64,000 nucleotides of DNA from Oscillospiraceae bacterium (GCA_015063685.1 SVTR01000006.1:7852-71851), one strand, 5' to 3'. Positions 33,123-43,852 are shown, counted from the first letter of the stretch. The notes: generated by a model not told the origin, from the sequence alone. A program made the numbers and translations.

Positions 33123-34352
33123 TCATCTTGCCATGATCAGCACGCCCTCGTTGGACTTGACCGCCACGGCGTAGACACCGCCACCCAGATGAGTCACGGT
33201 CTTGTAGCCGTCCCCGCCCAGGGCGCGGACACAGCGGTCGGGGGCGCGGAAGGTGATATTGTACTCCTTGGGATCCTGCTCATGGGGATCGTCAGCGGCG
33301 CAGACCATGAGGGCTACCGAGCCGTCGGCGTTTCTGTTCACCATCTCACCAACGACCAGCGGCGCGCCGTTATCAGCCTTGACGTCAAAGAACACGCCCG
33401 TGGACAGGGAGGGAATGGCCTCCTGCTGAACGGCCGCCATGTGAGGATGCCCCTCGAAGCCTACGAAATGGGTGGACACGCGGCGGTACTTCATGTACTC
33501 GTCGGCCAGGGTACGGATCTCGGCGTTGATCTTCTTGAGCTTGTCGTACTGCTGGGTCTTGTTGCCCTCGCCGTCCAGCACCTGATTGTGCCACCAGCCC
33601 GCGGTGTAGCAGGCCCAGATGATGTTCTCGGCGCCGAAGGCCATGGAGGTGTAGGCCTGGAAGCGGAGGTTGTTCTCGCTCATCCACTCGGCAGGCTTGT
33701 TGGAGTTGACCTGCAAAACGATCCACATACTCCGCCCCGTGTTGCGGCAGGCGTCGGCCACCACGCGAAGATTCTCGTAGTGCTTGGTGACGTTGATGGA
33801 GTAGAGGTAGAAGTCATAGCAGATGTAGTCTACGGGGACGTTCTCGCAGTATTTTTGGATATGCTCGTCATAGGTGGCGGTACCCAGCTGGTTGACCGTC
33901 TCCTGGGCGTTGTTCTGGGAGACCGAGGCATAGTTGGGGTAGAGATTCAGGTAGGGGAACTGATTCGGGAAGGCGCGGTCAACGTAGTCCATGACCCGCC
34001 CGTAGTAGGGGAAGTCCAGGGCCGAGGGCTCGTCGCCCACGTCGATGCCCCAGATGGCGGGGTGGTCGGAAAAGGCCTTCGCGGCGGCCTCGTATGTCTC
34101 CATGGGGTTGGTTTCGGCCAGCTTGCCCGCGTTGTCTCCGAAACCGCCCCACCATTTGGGGGCGATACCCGAGACGATAGCCCCCACGCCGTACTTGTGG
34201 AAGAGATCTAGTGCGGGGCGGTCGTTGTCCATGCAGACCACGAAGTCAATGCCGCAGTCGGCCAGATCCTTGATGTGAGCCTCGGTGCGGGCGTAAGGCT
34301 TGAGGTGGTATACGCCGATATTCAGGCGGTTTCTGTCCATGCGTTTGTTCAT
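33123..34352 (-). CDS. putative glycoside hydrolase (TIM-barrel-like; family not assignable by eye)
   Basis: 409-aa ORF with an AAAGGAGAA RBS. The sequence pattern (DVGDEP, NLYPNYA, WIVLQ) resembles GH42/GH35-type catalytic domains; the family call is low confidence. Confidence 0.45.
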   Translation of the reverse strand: MNKRMDRNRLNIGVYHLKPYARTEAHIKDLADCGIDFVVCMDNDRPALDLFHKYGVGAIVSGIAPKWWGGFGDNAGKLAETNPMETYEAAAKAFSDHPAIWGIDVGDEPSALDFPYYGRVMDYVDRAFPNQFPYLNLYPNYASVSQNNAQETVNQLGTATYDEHIQKYCENVPVDYICYDFYLYSINVTKHYENLRVVADACRNTGRSMWIVLQVNSNKPAEWMSENNLRFQAYTSMAFGAENIIWACYTAGWWHNQVLDGEGNKTQQYDKLKKINAEIRTLADEYMKYRRVSTHFVGFEGHPHMAAVQQEAIPSLSTGVFFDVKADNGAPLVVGEMVNRNADGSVALMVCAADDPHEQDPKEYNITFRAPDRCVRALGGDGYKTVTHLGGGVYAVAVKSNEGVLIMAR

Positions 34353-34394
34353 GGTGATTCTCCTTTATTCAGTTTCGTTGATGGCGGAACGGGA

Positions 34395-35690
34395 TCATTC
34401 CTCGGAACTGGTGAGACGGTAGGCGACCTCTTGCTCCTCCCCGCACTTGATGGTAACGTGGAGGTATTTGTCCCCCACCGACAGGTTGCCGATGGAGACG
34501 GTCTCCCCATCCAGCTCGCGGGGCATACAGGGAGTGACGGTCACCGTATCGGTCACCGCCTCGTAGCGGATGCCGAACAGCACCTCCACGATGAGGTGGA
34601 TGTACTCCGACGCCGACCAGCCGTAGCGAAGCACGCCGTGGCCCTCTCCCGTGGAGGGGCTGACAAACTCGGCGTAGTTGCCGTTGAAGGTGCGGACGGT
34701 CTGGAGGGCGATGTGGGCGGCTTCCTCCCGCAGTCCCGCCTCCAGAAGTCCCGTGGCGATGATGCGGTTGCGGAAGGTCCAGATATTGCCGCTCCAGCTG
34801 GTGTAGCCTTGGTACACGCCTACGGTCTCCACGTAGCGGGAGCAGGTCTTGGCCATGGTGGTGATGCCCCACTTGCTGTCATAGCCGAAGAGGGAATCAT
34901 CCTTCAAAAGCTTCAGAAGCCCCTCGCGGCGGTCAAGGGGGATGATCCCCCGCTTGAACACGTCGAACATGGAGTTGTAGACCTGCTCGGTGAGCAGACG
35001 CTCCTCATCCACCAGCCAGGCGTAGTAGCCTCCGTCGGCGGGATTGTAGAGGTAACAGTTGACGGCATCCCGCACCTCGGCGAAGAGGGCGCGATAGCGG
35101 TCGGCGGCGGCGGTGTCGCCCAGACGGGTGGCCATTTCCGCCAGCACGTCGGCGCCCACGGCCACCTGCACGTTCAGATCCACCTGGGCTACCGTGAGCT
35201 GCTCGTGGATATCCGAGGGGTCGCTCTCCTCGAAGATCCCGCAGACAAGGCCCGTCTTGGGGTCTCTTTTCGAAGGGGAGAGCCACCAGTCCATGTATCG
35301 CGAGAGCATCCCGTAGATGCGGCGGACGTAGTCCTCGTCGGCGGTCTCACGGCAGACGTAGGCGGCTACCTCAAAAATCACGGGGATGGCGCTCAGCTCC
35401 TCGTCAAAGTCCAATACACGGTCGTAGCCGTAGAGGGGAATACGGCCGTTTTCCTTCTGCACGAAGGTGAAATTCTCCAGAGCCGTGCGGCAGTAGTTGC
35501 GGTCGAGCCAGCGATAGCCCAAGAGGGTCAGAGCGGTGTCCCGCTCCCACCAGCAGTTGCCGTACTGCCCGCCGGGACCCATGAAGGGGTAGGGGAAGCC
35601 CAGGGCGGGGGTGGATTTGCACTCCTCCAGGACGGCAAAGGCATCCGTGAATTGCTCTTGAGTGATGCCTGGGAAAGAAATTTTCAGCAT
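34395..35690 (-). CDS. six-hairpin (alpha/alpha)6 glycosidase-like protein (GH63/trehalase-type)
   Basis: Internal start at 35690 (AAGGAGA RBS). GNCWWERDTA and TSWSGNIWTFRN resemble GH63/MGH-type enzymes. Confidence 0.5.
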   Translation of the reverse strand: MLKISFPGITQEQFTDAFAVLEECKSTPALGFPYPFMGPGGQYGNCWWERDTALTLLGYRWLDRNYCRTALENFTFVQKENGRIPLYGYDRVLDFDEELSAIPVIFEVAAYVCRETADEDYVRRIYGMLSRYMDWWLSPSKRDPKTGLVCGIFEESDPSDIHEQLTVAQVDLNVQVAVGADVLAEMATRLGDTAAADRYRALFAEVRDAVNCYLYNPADGGYYAWLVDEERLLTEQVYNSMFDVFKRGIIPLDRREGLLKLLKDDSLFGYDSKWGITTMAKTCSRYVETVGVYQGYTSWSGNIWTFRNRIIATGLLEAGLREEAAHIALQTVRTFNGNYAEFVSPSTGEGHGVLRYGWSASEYIHLIVEVLFGIRYEAVTDTVTVTPCMPRELDGETVSIGNLSVGDKYLHVTIKCGEEQEVAYRLTSSEE

Positions 35691-35741
35691 GATTGGGTCT
35701 CCTTGTAGGTTGAAAAGGTGTAAATTTGGGGTTTGTCGAAG

Positions 35742-35857
35742 AGATACAAGATACGCACCGAGCAAGCTCGGCCGATACAAGATACAAGATACAGAACGCG
35801 ATCCGCCGTAAAGGTTTTTGCATATCTTGTATCTTTGTATCTTGTAACTTGTATCTC
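35742..35857. repeat. heptamer-repeat palindrome (AGATACA)n ... (TGTATCT)n
   Basis: Forward units at 35742-35755 and 35774-35794, with a small CCGAGC-AA-GCTCGG hairpin between them. Five reverse units lie at 35822-35857. Confidence 0.85.
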
Positions 35858-35870
35858 ACCGAAAAACTGC

Positions 35871-35910
35871 AATTTCAAAAACAGCGGCCTGCCTGATGAC
35901 AAGCCGCCAT
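35871..35910 (-). terminator. probable terminator after the ThuA-like gene
   Basis: Minus strand reads GGCGGCTT...AGGCCGCT followed by GTTTTTGAAATT. Confidence 0.45.
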
Positions 35911-35920
35911 AGGGAAAAAA

Positions 35921-36667
35921 TTACTGCTCAAACTTATCCGACAACTTGTACTGGATGCAGGGGCAGCCGTTCTCAATGGGATACACGATCTCGTTGGGTG
36001 CGGCCCATTTGACGGCATTTTGAATGATGCGCTGAACGTAAGGATTGTAGAAGGAACGGCAGAACTCGTGACCGGGCTGGAAGTAGAAGACCTTGCCCGC
36101 GCCGCGGTAGTAGCACAGACCCGCGCGGAAGATGAAGCCGTCCTCAAACCAGCCGCCGAAGACCAGCTCGTCGGGTTGGGGTACGTAGAAGGGCTCACAG
36201 TAAAGCTCCTCAAAAAGCTCAAAATGATCGGGAATGCCTGCGGCAATGGGGTGAGCGGGCATCAGATTCCACATGATCTCATTCTGATCGCGGCCCCAGG
36301 ACAGATTGCCGTTGGTACCCACCACTTGCTTGAATACCTTGGAGTGGTGACCCGAGTGGAGAACGATGAGGCCCATCTTGCCGGTGTAGACACGCTGACG
36401 GATGCGTTCCACCAAGCCGTCGTCCACCTCATGGTGAGCCATGTGTCCCCACCAAAGCAGGACGTCGGTGCTGTTCAGTACGTCATCGGGCAAACCCTGA
36501 TCGGGATCGTCCAGCGCGGCGAGACGCACGTTTAGGGTAGGATCGGGATCAAGGAAGGACTTGATCAGTCCATGAATGCCGTCAGGATAAATGGCCTTGC
36601 AGGCCTCTTCATATCTCTCGTGACGGAACTCGTTCCATACGGTTACGTTTAAGATTTTTGCAGCCAT
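35921..36667 (-). CDS. ThuA-domain (trehalose utilisation-like) protein
   Basis: Start at 36667 (AAAGGAGAAA RBS). The pattern VTVWNEFRHE...VLLWWGHMAHHEV...LHSGHHSK is typical of ThuA. Confidence 0.7.
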   Translation of the reverse strand: MAAKILNVTVWNEFRHERYEEACKAIYPDGIHGLIKSFLDPDPTLNVRLAALDDPDQGLPDDVLNSTDVLLWWGHMAHHEVDDGLVERIRQRVYTGKMGLIVLHSGHHSKVFKQVVGTNGNLSWGRDQNEIMWNLMPAHPIAAGIPDHFELFEELYCEPFYVPQPDELVFGGWFEDGFIFRAGLCYYRGAGKVFYFQPGHEFCRSFYNPYVQRIIQNAVKWAAPNEIVYPIENGCPCIQYKLSDKFEQ

Positions 36668-36693
36668 AGTGTGTTTCTCCTTTATGTACAAAT

Positions 36694-37482
36694 TTAAATT
36701 TCAATGGTTAGCCCATCGTAGGCGGGGGTAACGTCCAGGGGCGCCAATGTGTTCGCCAATGTTTCGTGATCTGTGTGCAGCGTCCGAGCCATGTGGGTGA
36801 CGTAATACTTTACGTCGGGAGCGAATCGATCATACTTGCGGAACATTTTCAGCATGAGCTTAAGCATTTCCAGGGTGTTGTGCTCAAAGATCCGCCAGTC
36901 GTCGGGGGCAGTCTCACCGCAGGTCAGCTCCAACACCGCGGTGTTGACAGGCCTTTCTCTGATGATATTCCAGGACTCGGTAGGAACCCACGAGCTGTCA
37001 CCCGTCCACCAAAGGGTACGATCACCCTCTTTGATCAGATACATTCGAGCCGTTTCCTCGGGATACTCGGTGACGTGATTGGCACGCATGACCGTAATTT
37101 CATAGCCGCCGATATCGTAGGTTGTCCTCAAGGCTGTTTCCACAAACTTGATCCGCGACACGGTCTCCTCACCCAAGGCCTTGAACAGACGAAGGCGACA
37201 TACGGAATCGCCCCACAGAGTACAATCTTTGTCAAGGCAGAGCCGCTTTACGGTTTCGGCGTTGAAATGATCTCCGTGAGAGTGGGTGACAATGATGTTT
37301 TTGACGTTGTCGAACATATCGGGTGTCCCGTTATGCTGAGCGAAATGGAAAATATGAGGGCCGGGATCAATGATCAGGTCATCGTTGATCAAGGTGCCCG
37401 AAAAACGGCGGAAGGGGGCGTCGGGGCTGTAGGCGTTGATGTCCCAGTCGGCGGCACCCGTGCCGAGAAAAGTTAGTTTCAT
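36694..37482 (-). CDS. MBL-fold metallo-hydrolase
   Basis: MKLTFLGTG... and the THSHGDH motif. Confidence 0.8.
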   Translation of the reverse strand: MKLTFLGTGAADWDINAYSPDAPFRRFSGTLINDDLIIDPGPHIFHFAQHNGTPDMFDNVKNIIVTHSHGDHFNAETVKRLCLDKDCTLWGDSVCRLRLFKALGEETVSRIKFVETALRTTYDIGGYEITVMRANHVTEYPEETARMYLIKEGDRTLWWTGDSSWVPTESWNIIRERPVNTAVLELTCGETAPDDWRIFEHNTLEMLKLMLKMFRKYDRFAPDVKYYVTHMARTLHTDHETLANTLAPLDVTPAYDGLTIEI

Positions 37483-37520
37483 GATGTGTTCTCCTTTGGA
37501 TGTTGATGTAGGGAAGAGGG

Positions 37521-38030
37521 TTAGCGTTGAATCAGTTCAGTTTCGCTCCAGGAGAAGATTTCAAAAACCCCCGTGAGCTTACCGCTCAGCTTGTCCATGA
37601 AGGAGGGCGGGGTCCGAAGCTTCTGCTTCATCTTCTCCAAGGCCTCGCTGTCATCGTCATCGTCGTCTGTGAGCTGATATAACCATTGATTTCCCGCAGG
37701 ACGGTGGTCGTCGTACGCATCCTTATTTTTGTATCGCAGGATCGCCACGACCTCGTCTCCTGTGATCGTTTCAATAGCGGAAATGGCCATATCCGGATCC
37801 AGTCGCCCGGAAAACTCAGCCTGTCCGAACCAAAGTGTGCAGGTTTCCACCCATTTTTGTGAGCCCTTGGCTTGCAGAGAAACCGAAAACCTGGGTTCGT
37901 TGGGATTGGGCACCAGAAACTCTACGGCGTTTTCTCCTTTTTCCGTGGTGTCATAAGTTACACGGGGACGATAAGAGGCAAAGGCGCGAGTCAGATGTGT
38001 TGCGAATTCTTCAAGGGTGTACTGGGGCAT
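37521..38030 (-). CDS. hypothetical protein (169 aa, poly-Asp tract)
   Basis: Internal start at 38030 with a GGAGG RBS. DDDDDD run. No motif I recognise. Confidence 0.5.
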   Translation of the reverse strand: MPQYTLEEFATHLTRAFASYRPRVTYDTTEKGENAVEFLVPNPNEPRFSVSLQAKGSQKWVETCTLWFGQAEFSGRLDPDMAISAIETITGDEVVAILRYKNKDAYDDHRPAGNQWLYQLTDDDDDDSEALEKMKQKLRTPPSFMDKLSGKLTGVFEIFSWSETELIQR

Positions 38031-38214
38031 GAGATCCTCCGTTTGAGAAAAATAGTAAAACGTGAAAAAAGCCACCGGAATCTATCGGACAGATCGTGAA
38101 TAATCTCGATCAGCCCTTGCAATTTTTTTCGAAATATGGTATACTGCTATTATACACGATTTCTGCGCGGATTGCAATGATTTCACAAAAAATATTTTGA
38201 AAAAGGATGAACAT

Positions 38215-38916
38215 ATGGAACAAATTTATACCATACCTGTCAATGAAGCCTTTGAAGCCTCCAGAGATGATCACACCTGCGGTTGCCCGATGTGCGCCAT
38301 TTACCGCAAGCTGGAGGAAAACGAGCTGGATCTCATCCTCGGCGCCTCCATGATGGAGCCCGACGTCCGTATCAAGACCAATGAGCAGGGCTTTTGCCGC
38401 CTCCATTACGATCTCATGTTCGTCCGCAAGAACCGTTTGGGTATGGCTTTGACTCTTGAGAGCCACCTGAAGGAGCTACAGGGCGATATCAAGGACGGCG
38501 GCCTGTTGGGCACCCCAGGCTCCAAACCCGTCAAACGTATCGCCGAGCTGGAGCAGTCCTGCTACGTCTGTAAGCGAATTAACTACCATTTCGAGCATAT
38601 GGCCGAGTGCGTGGTCTACCTTTGGGACGCAGACGAGGACTTTGGCCCCAAGCTCCGTGCCCAGCCCTACTTCTGCATCCCCCATTACAAAAAGCTTCTG
38701 GAATACGGTCAAAAAAGGCTGAACAAGAAGAAGCTGGCCCAGTTCTCCGCCGAGGTGGGCAAGGTGGTCAACGACTACATGACCACCCTCACGGAAGACG
38801 TCAGTTGGTTCTGCAAGAAGTTCGACTACCGCTACGACGCCGAGCCGTGGTACAATTCCAAGGATGCCGTAGAGCGGGCCATCAAGTTCATCCGATCCGA
38901 TATTCACAATAAGTAA
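38215..38916 (+). CDS. Cys-rich hypothetical protein (DUF6062-like)
   Basis: IYTIPVNEAFE...CGCPMCAIY...CYVCKRI... matches my memory of the clostridial DUF6062 family. I chose the ATG at 38215. Confidence 0.6.
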   Translation: MEQIYTIPVNEAFEASRDDHTCGCPMCAIYRKLEENELDLILGASMMEPDVRIKTNEQGFCRLHYDLMFVRKNRLGMALTLESHLKELQGDIKDGGLLGTPGSKPVKRIAELEQSCYVCKRINYHFEHMAECVVYLWDADEDFGPKLRAQPYFCIPHYKKLLEYGQKRLNKKKLAQFSAEVGKVVNDYMTTLTEDVSWFCKKFDYRYDAEPWYNSKDAVERAIKFIRSDIHNK

Positions 38917-39019
38917 GGAGCGGGGAAGTGCTCGTGTCATGATTTCCTTCTTCGACACGCGCCGTTTCTGAACCTGTCTTGTATCACTACATCAATTTTT
39001 CCTTGCAAGGAGTTTCTCT

Positions 39020-39574
39020 ATGATTGACTTACTCGACCTTCATAAGCATTTTATTCTCAAGCATCTCAAGGAAGGGGATGTGGCCGTTGACTTTACCATG
39101 GGCAACGGACACGATACGGAATTCCTTTCCAAAACCGTAGGCCCTCACGGATTTGTATATGCCTTTGATATTCAGGAGCAGGCGTTGTCCTCCACCCAGG
39201 AGCTTCTGGTGAAATCAGGCTGTCCCGATAACTATCAGCTCATCCTGGACTCCCATTCCAACGTAAAAAAATACGTGGATGTCCCCTTCAAGGCGGGTAT
39301 GTTTAATCTGGGCTGGCTCCCCGGAGGCAACAAGGCGATCACCACTCTCCGTGAGACGACATTGCCCGCTATCCGCGACGGTATCTCCCTCATGGACAAG
39401 GACGCCATCTTGAATATTGCGGTTTATCCCGGCCATAAGGAGGGAGACGCGGAAGGACAGATGATCCTTGACTATCTGTCGGGACTCAGTAAATATAAGG
39501 TGTGCGCCACCCTCGTGAAAATCATTAATTCGCCTACCTCCCCCTTCTTTATCATGGTGGAGACAAAGCCCTGA
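39020..39574 (+). CDS. mnmM: SAM-dependent methyltransferase of the YtqB/MnmM family
   Basis: DFTMGNGHDT, VYAFDIQ, FNLGWLPGGNKAITT and VYPGHKEG match B. subtilis YtqB motifs as I recall them. Confidence 0.7.
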   Translation: MIDLLDLHKHFILKHLKEGDVAVDFTMGNGHDTEFLSKTVGPHGFVYAFDIQEQALSSTQELLVKSGCPDNYQLILDSHSNVKKYVDVPFKAGMFNLGWLPGGNKAITTLRETTLPAIRDGISLMDKDAILNIAVYPGHKEGDAEGQMILDYLSGLSKYKVCATLVKIINSPTSPFFIMVETKP

Positions 39575-39688
39575 CCGTGATGTGATCAGATTTTCTTGAA
39601 TTTTCAAGCATTGATGCCATGGTTTTCAAATAATCTTCACATTCAGACATTATAATGTATGCATATCTTTGCACGGGAGGAACCTTAC

Positions 39689-41446
39689 ATGAATGAATTT
39701 GATGCTGAAAAGCAGCATATGACCAATGATGAGGGGAACGCGGGCAGTTCAAGCTACGACAAATCCACGTCGACGGAGGCGCATGTCAACGATGATACGA
39801 CATCCGATCATCATCGTCAGGAACAGGCCGATTCCCGATACGGCGGTTATTCCTTTATAGACAACGATGATCCCGCAGGTCAACAATATACTACGCCCGA
39901 AGGGGGCCACGGCTTTGTTTATTCGCCCAAATCAATGCCCGAGGGCAGAGGTATTGGACGCAAGCTGATCCTGGCTACCGCGATTGTGGGTATGGCCATG
40001 CTCTTGATGGGCGCTTGCTTTTTAGGCGCTTGGCTGGCGGCGAAATCAGGAAAAGATCCCTTGGACGGAGAAGGAAATCACGGTTCTGAAAAGGAGACAT
40101 ATGATGCTTCAGGCACATCGGAGGGCTTGATTATCGTAGACGGGACGGCGGCTGAGATGATTCCCCAGCCTGAAACCCAGGCGGTATCTGATCAGATTCA
40201 GAGCCCTGCGGATACGAGCGGACTTCTTGAGACCGAGGCAGGTGCCTCTTTGGATGAGCCGAATGACCCTCCGAGAGAAGAGGTCGAGTTTGAATCAAGT
40301 CTGACCATTGTTCCCATTGATACCCAAGCGCCGGAGCAGGGAGAGATCTTTTTTGACAAGACGGAGGATCTGCCAACCGCCAATATCCAGAAAAAAGAGC
40401 CTAAGAGGGAGGATGCTGACGGAGACGGCAAGGCCGATATTGCATACGATGAAAACGGCCGTGTTATCACGTCTGCGGGCGACAGTACAATGACAGCACC
40501 CACCGTGATTGCCAAGGTTTCTTCCTCCGTGGTTGAAATTTCTACGGAGATCCTGGTGCAATCCAATTGGATCGGACAGTATGTGACCAGCGGCGCCGGC
40601 AGCGGTGTGATCATTTCGGAAGAGGGCTATATTATCACCAATCATCACGTTATTGACGGTGCCCATAGCATCAGCGTCCGTCTCAATGACGGTACAGAGT
40701 TTGCCGCAACCCTGGTGGGTACGGATGAGCGTACCGACGTGGCCATTCTGTGGATCGATGCGGGCGAACACGATCTGACCGTGGCAACCCTCGGCTCCAG
40801 CTACGATCTGGTTGCGGGAGAGGATATTCTTGCCATCGGTAATCCGCTGGGCTCCTTGGGTGGCACGGTAACCGAAGGTATCATCAGCGCAACTGAGCGC
40901 CAGATCAGCGTGGACGGCAACGACATGACTCTCCTCCAGGTCAGTGCCCCCATTAACCCCGGTAATTCCGGCGGCGGCCTCTTCAATATGGCAGGAGAGC
41001 TGGTAGGTGTTGTCAACGCCAAAATGTCTTCTGAGGAGATCGAAGGCTTGGGCTTTGCGATTCCCGTAGATACGGCATATGATATCGCCTGTGAGCTCAT
41101 CCGTTACGGATATATCCGAGGACGGGTGGATATGGGACTGACCCTCATGGATGTTACGGATCTTTACACGGCACTTCGCTATTTCAATTCTCAGTATGCC
41201 GGTGTTTACGTGTATGATTCCGAGTCGGAGGATTTCCATTACGGAGATCTGATCATGAGCGTTGAAAACGTAGAGATTAGCACGAGTGAAGAACTTGCCA
41301 AACTGATCAACCGATATGAGGTAGGTGACGTTTTGGAATTTGTGGTTTTTAGAAAAAATAAAGAGGTTACCGTTGAATTGGAGCTTCGCGAATACGTTCC
41401 TGATTATTTGCGTGAGAAGGACTCCGCCATAAAGCCCGCCGCGTAA
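39689..41446 (+). CDS. HtrA/DegP-like S1C serine protease with PDZ domain
   Basis: ATG at 39689 after GGGAGG. Long acidic N-terminal region with one TM helix, trypsin-like domain (TNHHV, D, GNSGGGL) and a C-terminal PDZ. Sits next to a two-component system, as in CssRS-HtrA modules. Confidence 0.85.
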   Translation: MNEFDAEKQHMTNDEGNAGSSSYDKSTSTEAHVNDDTTSDHHRQEQADSRYGGYSFIDNDDPAGQQYTTPEGGHGFVYSPKSMPEGRGIGRKLILATAIVGMAMLLMGACFLGAWLAAKSGKDPLDGEGNHGSEKETYDASGTSEGLIIVDGTAAEMIPQPETQAVSDQIQSPADTSGLLETEAGASLDEPNDPPREEVEFESSLTIVPIDTQAPEQGEIFFDKTEDLPTANIQKKEPKREDADGDGKADIAYDENGRVITSAGDSTMTAPTVIAKVSSSVVEISTEILVQSNWIGQYVTSGAGSGVIISEEGYIITNHHVIDGAHSISVRLNDGTEFAATLVGTDERTDVAILWIDAGEHDLTVATLGSSYDLVAGEDILAIGNPLGSLGGTVTEGIISATERQISVDGNDMTLLQVSAPINPGNSGGGLFNMAGELVGVVNAKMSSEEIEGLGFAIPVDTAYDIACELIRYGYIRGRVDMGLTLMDVTDLYTALRYFNSQYAGVYVYDSESEDFHYGDLIMSVENVEISTSEELAKLINRYEVGDVLEFVVFRKNKEVTVELELREYVPDYLREKDSAIKPAA

Positions 41447-41541
41447 CCGATATACAGGGGGTATTTTGGAAACTCATCTGCCGCTCACCGCGGGCTGAGT
41501 TTTGAAAATGCCCGAGACTTCAACGGAAAGGAAGTTAGATT

Positions 41542-42234
41542 ATGTACCATATTCTTGTAGTGGATGACGAGAGCCGTATCCGCTCGATCATCAAAAAATA
41601 TGCCGAATTTGAAGGCCATGAGGTGACAGAGGCGGGAGACGGAATGGAGGCAGTACGCCTTTGCAGAAGTGAGACTTTTGATCTTATCATCATGGATATC
41701 ATGATGCCCGAGCTTGACGGCTTTTCCGCTTGCCGCGAGATCAGAAAAATGACGCAGACCCCTATCATTATGCTTTCGGCACGGGGAGAGGAATATGACC
41801 GTATCAATGGGTTTGAGCTGGGTATCGACGATTATGTTGTTAAGCCCTTTTCTCCTAAGGAGCTGATGCTCCGTGTGGATGCTGTCATGAAGCGAGTGAA
41901 TCGTTCCGTAACGATGACCGTCCAGCCGCCCAATCAGGTCATAGAGTTGGACAACGGAGGTCTGAAGGCAGACGTTACCGCACGAATCGTATATGTGAAC
42001 GGAGAACGAGTGGATATGTCCCCCAAGGAGTACGATTTGTTCTTTTACATGCTGGCCAACCGCAACATCGCTCTGTCCCGAGAAAAGCTGATCAGCGAGG
42101 TATGGGGCTATGATTTTTACGGAGATGCCAGAACGCTGGATACCCATATCAAGCTCCTTCGCAAAAGCCTCGGGCCCTATGCCGGCTACATTGTTACCCT
42201 TCGCGGCGTAGGCTACCGCTTTGAGGGTGCTTGA
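41542..42234 (+). CDS. OmpR-family response regulator
   Basis: ILVVDDE...DIMMPELDG receiver domain, with a winged-helix C-terminus ending ...RGVGYRFE. Confidence 0.9.
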   Translation: MYHILVVDDESRIRSIIKKYAEFEGHEVTEAGDGMEAVRLCRSETFDLIIMDIMMPELDGFSACREIRKMTQTPIIMLSARGEEYDRINGFELGIDDYVVKPFSPKELMLRVDAVMKRVNRSVTMTVQPPNQVIELDNGGLKADVTARIVYVNGERVDMSPKEYDLFFYMLANRNIALSREKLISEVWGYDFYGDARTLDTHIKLLRKSLGPYAGYIVTLRGVGYRFEGA

Positions 42235-42298
42235 TTGGCAGGCATCTCTGAAAACACATCGCGCGACAGTTGCATTTTTTTCGTAAGGAGGGTCGGAT

Positions 42299-43852
42299 AT
42301 GTCAAACAAAACGGTTTACGAACCCGTTGAGCCAAGGCGCCGAGGGGTCAGTATTTCTGCGAAATTGTTTGGATTTCTGGCCCTCTTTACGCTTTTTATT
42401 TTGATCGTTGTCTGGATCTTCCAGATCGGTCTGCTCAATTATTTCTATCGTGAGACCAAGTATCAGGAGCTGGAAATGGCGGATTACGCCATTACACACG
42501 CCATTGTTGACACCCCTGAAAGCCTGACAAGTATTGCAGAGGAATTTGGAGAAAACTACGGTATATGCTCCCGGATCTTTCTTGTGGATCGGGATCGAGT
42601 TTATCAGATTTCGGGCAGCGACGTTTTGGGGGACTGCCTCATTCATCATATGTCAGACAAGCTCCTTACTTATCTTTACAATAAAGCGATTGCCAATGGT
42701 GGTGTCTATACGCATCAGGTGAATCCCGGACAAGCCATTGTTGGGAGCGAAACGAAAGAAGAAAACGTCAAAGATCCCTTTGGGGATCGGACGATGAATC
42801 ATTCCGGCATAAATAGTGTCAATACCATTCACGTTCGACTGGTTACGGATGGGGATGGACGGGAGTATATCGTGCTGCTGAATTCTGAGCTGGTGCCCCT
42901 TTCCTCTATGGTAGACACTTTGGAAACACAGTTTTGGATGATTGCGGTGATCCTTCTGTTGGGCGCGTTGATCCTGGCCATCCTGATTTCCAGAAATATT
43001 TCCCACCCAATTCAAAAGATGAACCATGCCGCCAAGCGGTTGGCAGAGGGACAGTATGATGCGGATTTTGAGGTAACGGGCTATAGCGAGGTCATGGAGC
43101 TTTCCGAATCCTTGACCCACGCCTCAGAGGAGCTGTCTAAAAATGATAAGCTCCAAAAAGAGCTGATTGCCAACATTTCTCATGATTTGAGAACCCCCCT
43201 TACCATGATCATCGGTTATAGTGAAGTCATGCGTGACCTTCCCGGGGAAAATACCCCCGAAAACGTACAGGTCATCATTGACGAGACCCAACGCCTGTCC
43301 GAGCTGGTGAACGATCTGCTGGATCTGTCCAAGCTACAGGCGGGTACGAGGAGGCTGAACCTTGATGCCTTCAACCTGACCGATGTTGTCCAAAGCGTTA
43401 TGTCACGGTACGAAAAGCTCACCCAAAAGGACGGGTACACGGTGGAGTTTTCTTACGACACCAAGGTAACCGTCTTTGCGGATCAGACCATGATCCTGCA
43501 GGTGGTCTATAATTTGATCAATAACGCGATCAATTATACGGGAGACGACAAGCTGGTGCGCGTCACGCAAAAGGTCAGCGCCGAAACGGGACGTGTTCGC
43601 ATTTCTGTTACAGATAGCGGCGTGGGTATTCCCGCCGATCAGATCCCTCTCATCTGGGACAGATATTATAAAATCGACAAGGTGCACCGTCGCGCCATGG
43701 TGGGTACGGGCCTGGGCCTGTCCATCGTCAAGCAGATCCTGGAGCAGCATAACACCACCTATGGCGTGGAAAGCAAGCTGGGAACGGGATCCACCTTCTG
43801 GTTTGAGCTGAATATTTTGAACGCAAACGCTGAAAATGATCATATTTCTTAA
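42299..43852 (+). CDS. sensor histidine kinase
   Basis: Two TM helices, HAMP, H-box SHDLRTPLT, N-box NLINNAINY, and G-boxes DSGVGI / GTGLGLSIV. Confidence 0.9.
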   Translation: MSNKTVYEPVEPRRRGVSISAKLFGFLALFTLFILIVVWIFQIGLLNYFYRETKYQELEMADYAITHAIVDTPESLTSIAEEFGENYGICSRIFLVDRDRVYQISGSDVLGDCLIHHMSDKLLTYLYNKAIANGGVYTHQVNPGQAIVGSETKEENVKDPFGDRTMNHSGINSVNTIHVRLVTDGDGREYIVLLNSELVPLSSMVDTLETQFWMIAVILLLGALILAILISRNISHPIQKMNHAAKRLAEGQYDADFEVTGYSEVMELSESLTHASEELSKNDKLQKELIANISHDLRTPLTMIIGYSEVMRDLPGENTPENVQVIIDETQRLSELVNDLLDLSKLQAGTRRLNLDAFNLTDVVQSVMSRYEKLTQKDGYTVEFSYDTKVTVFADQTMILQVVYNLINNAINYTGDDKLVRVTQKVSAETGRVRISVTDSGVGIPADQIPLIWDRYYKIDKVHRRAMVGTGLGLSIVKQILEQHNTTYGVESKLGTGSTFWFELNILNANAENDHIS

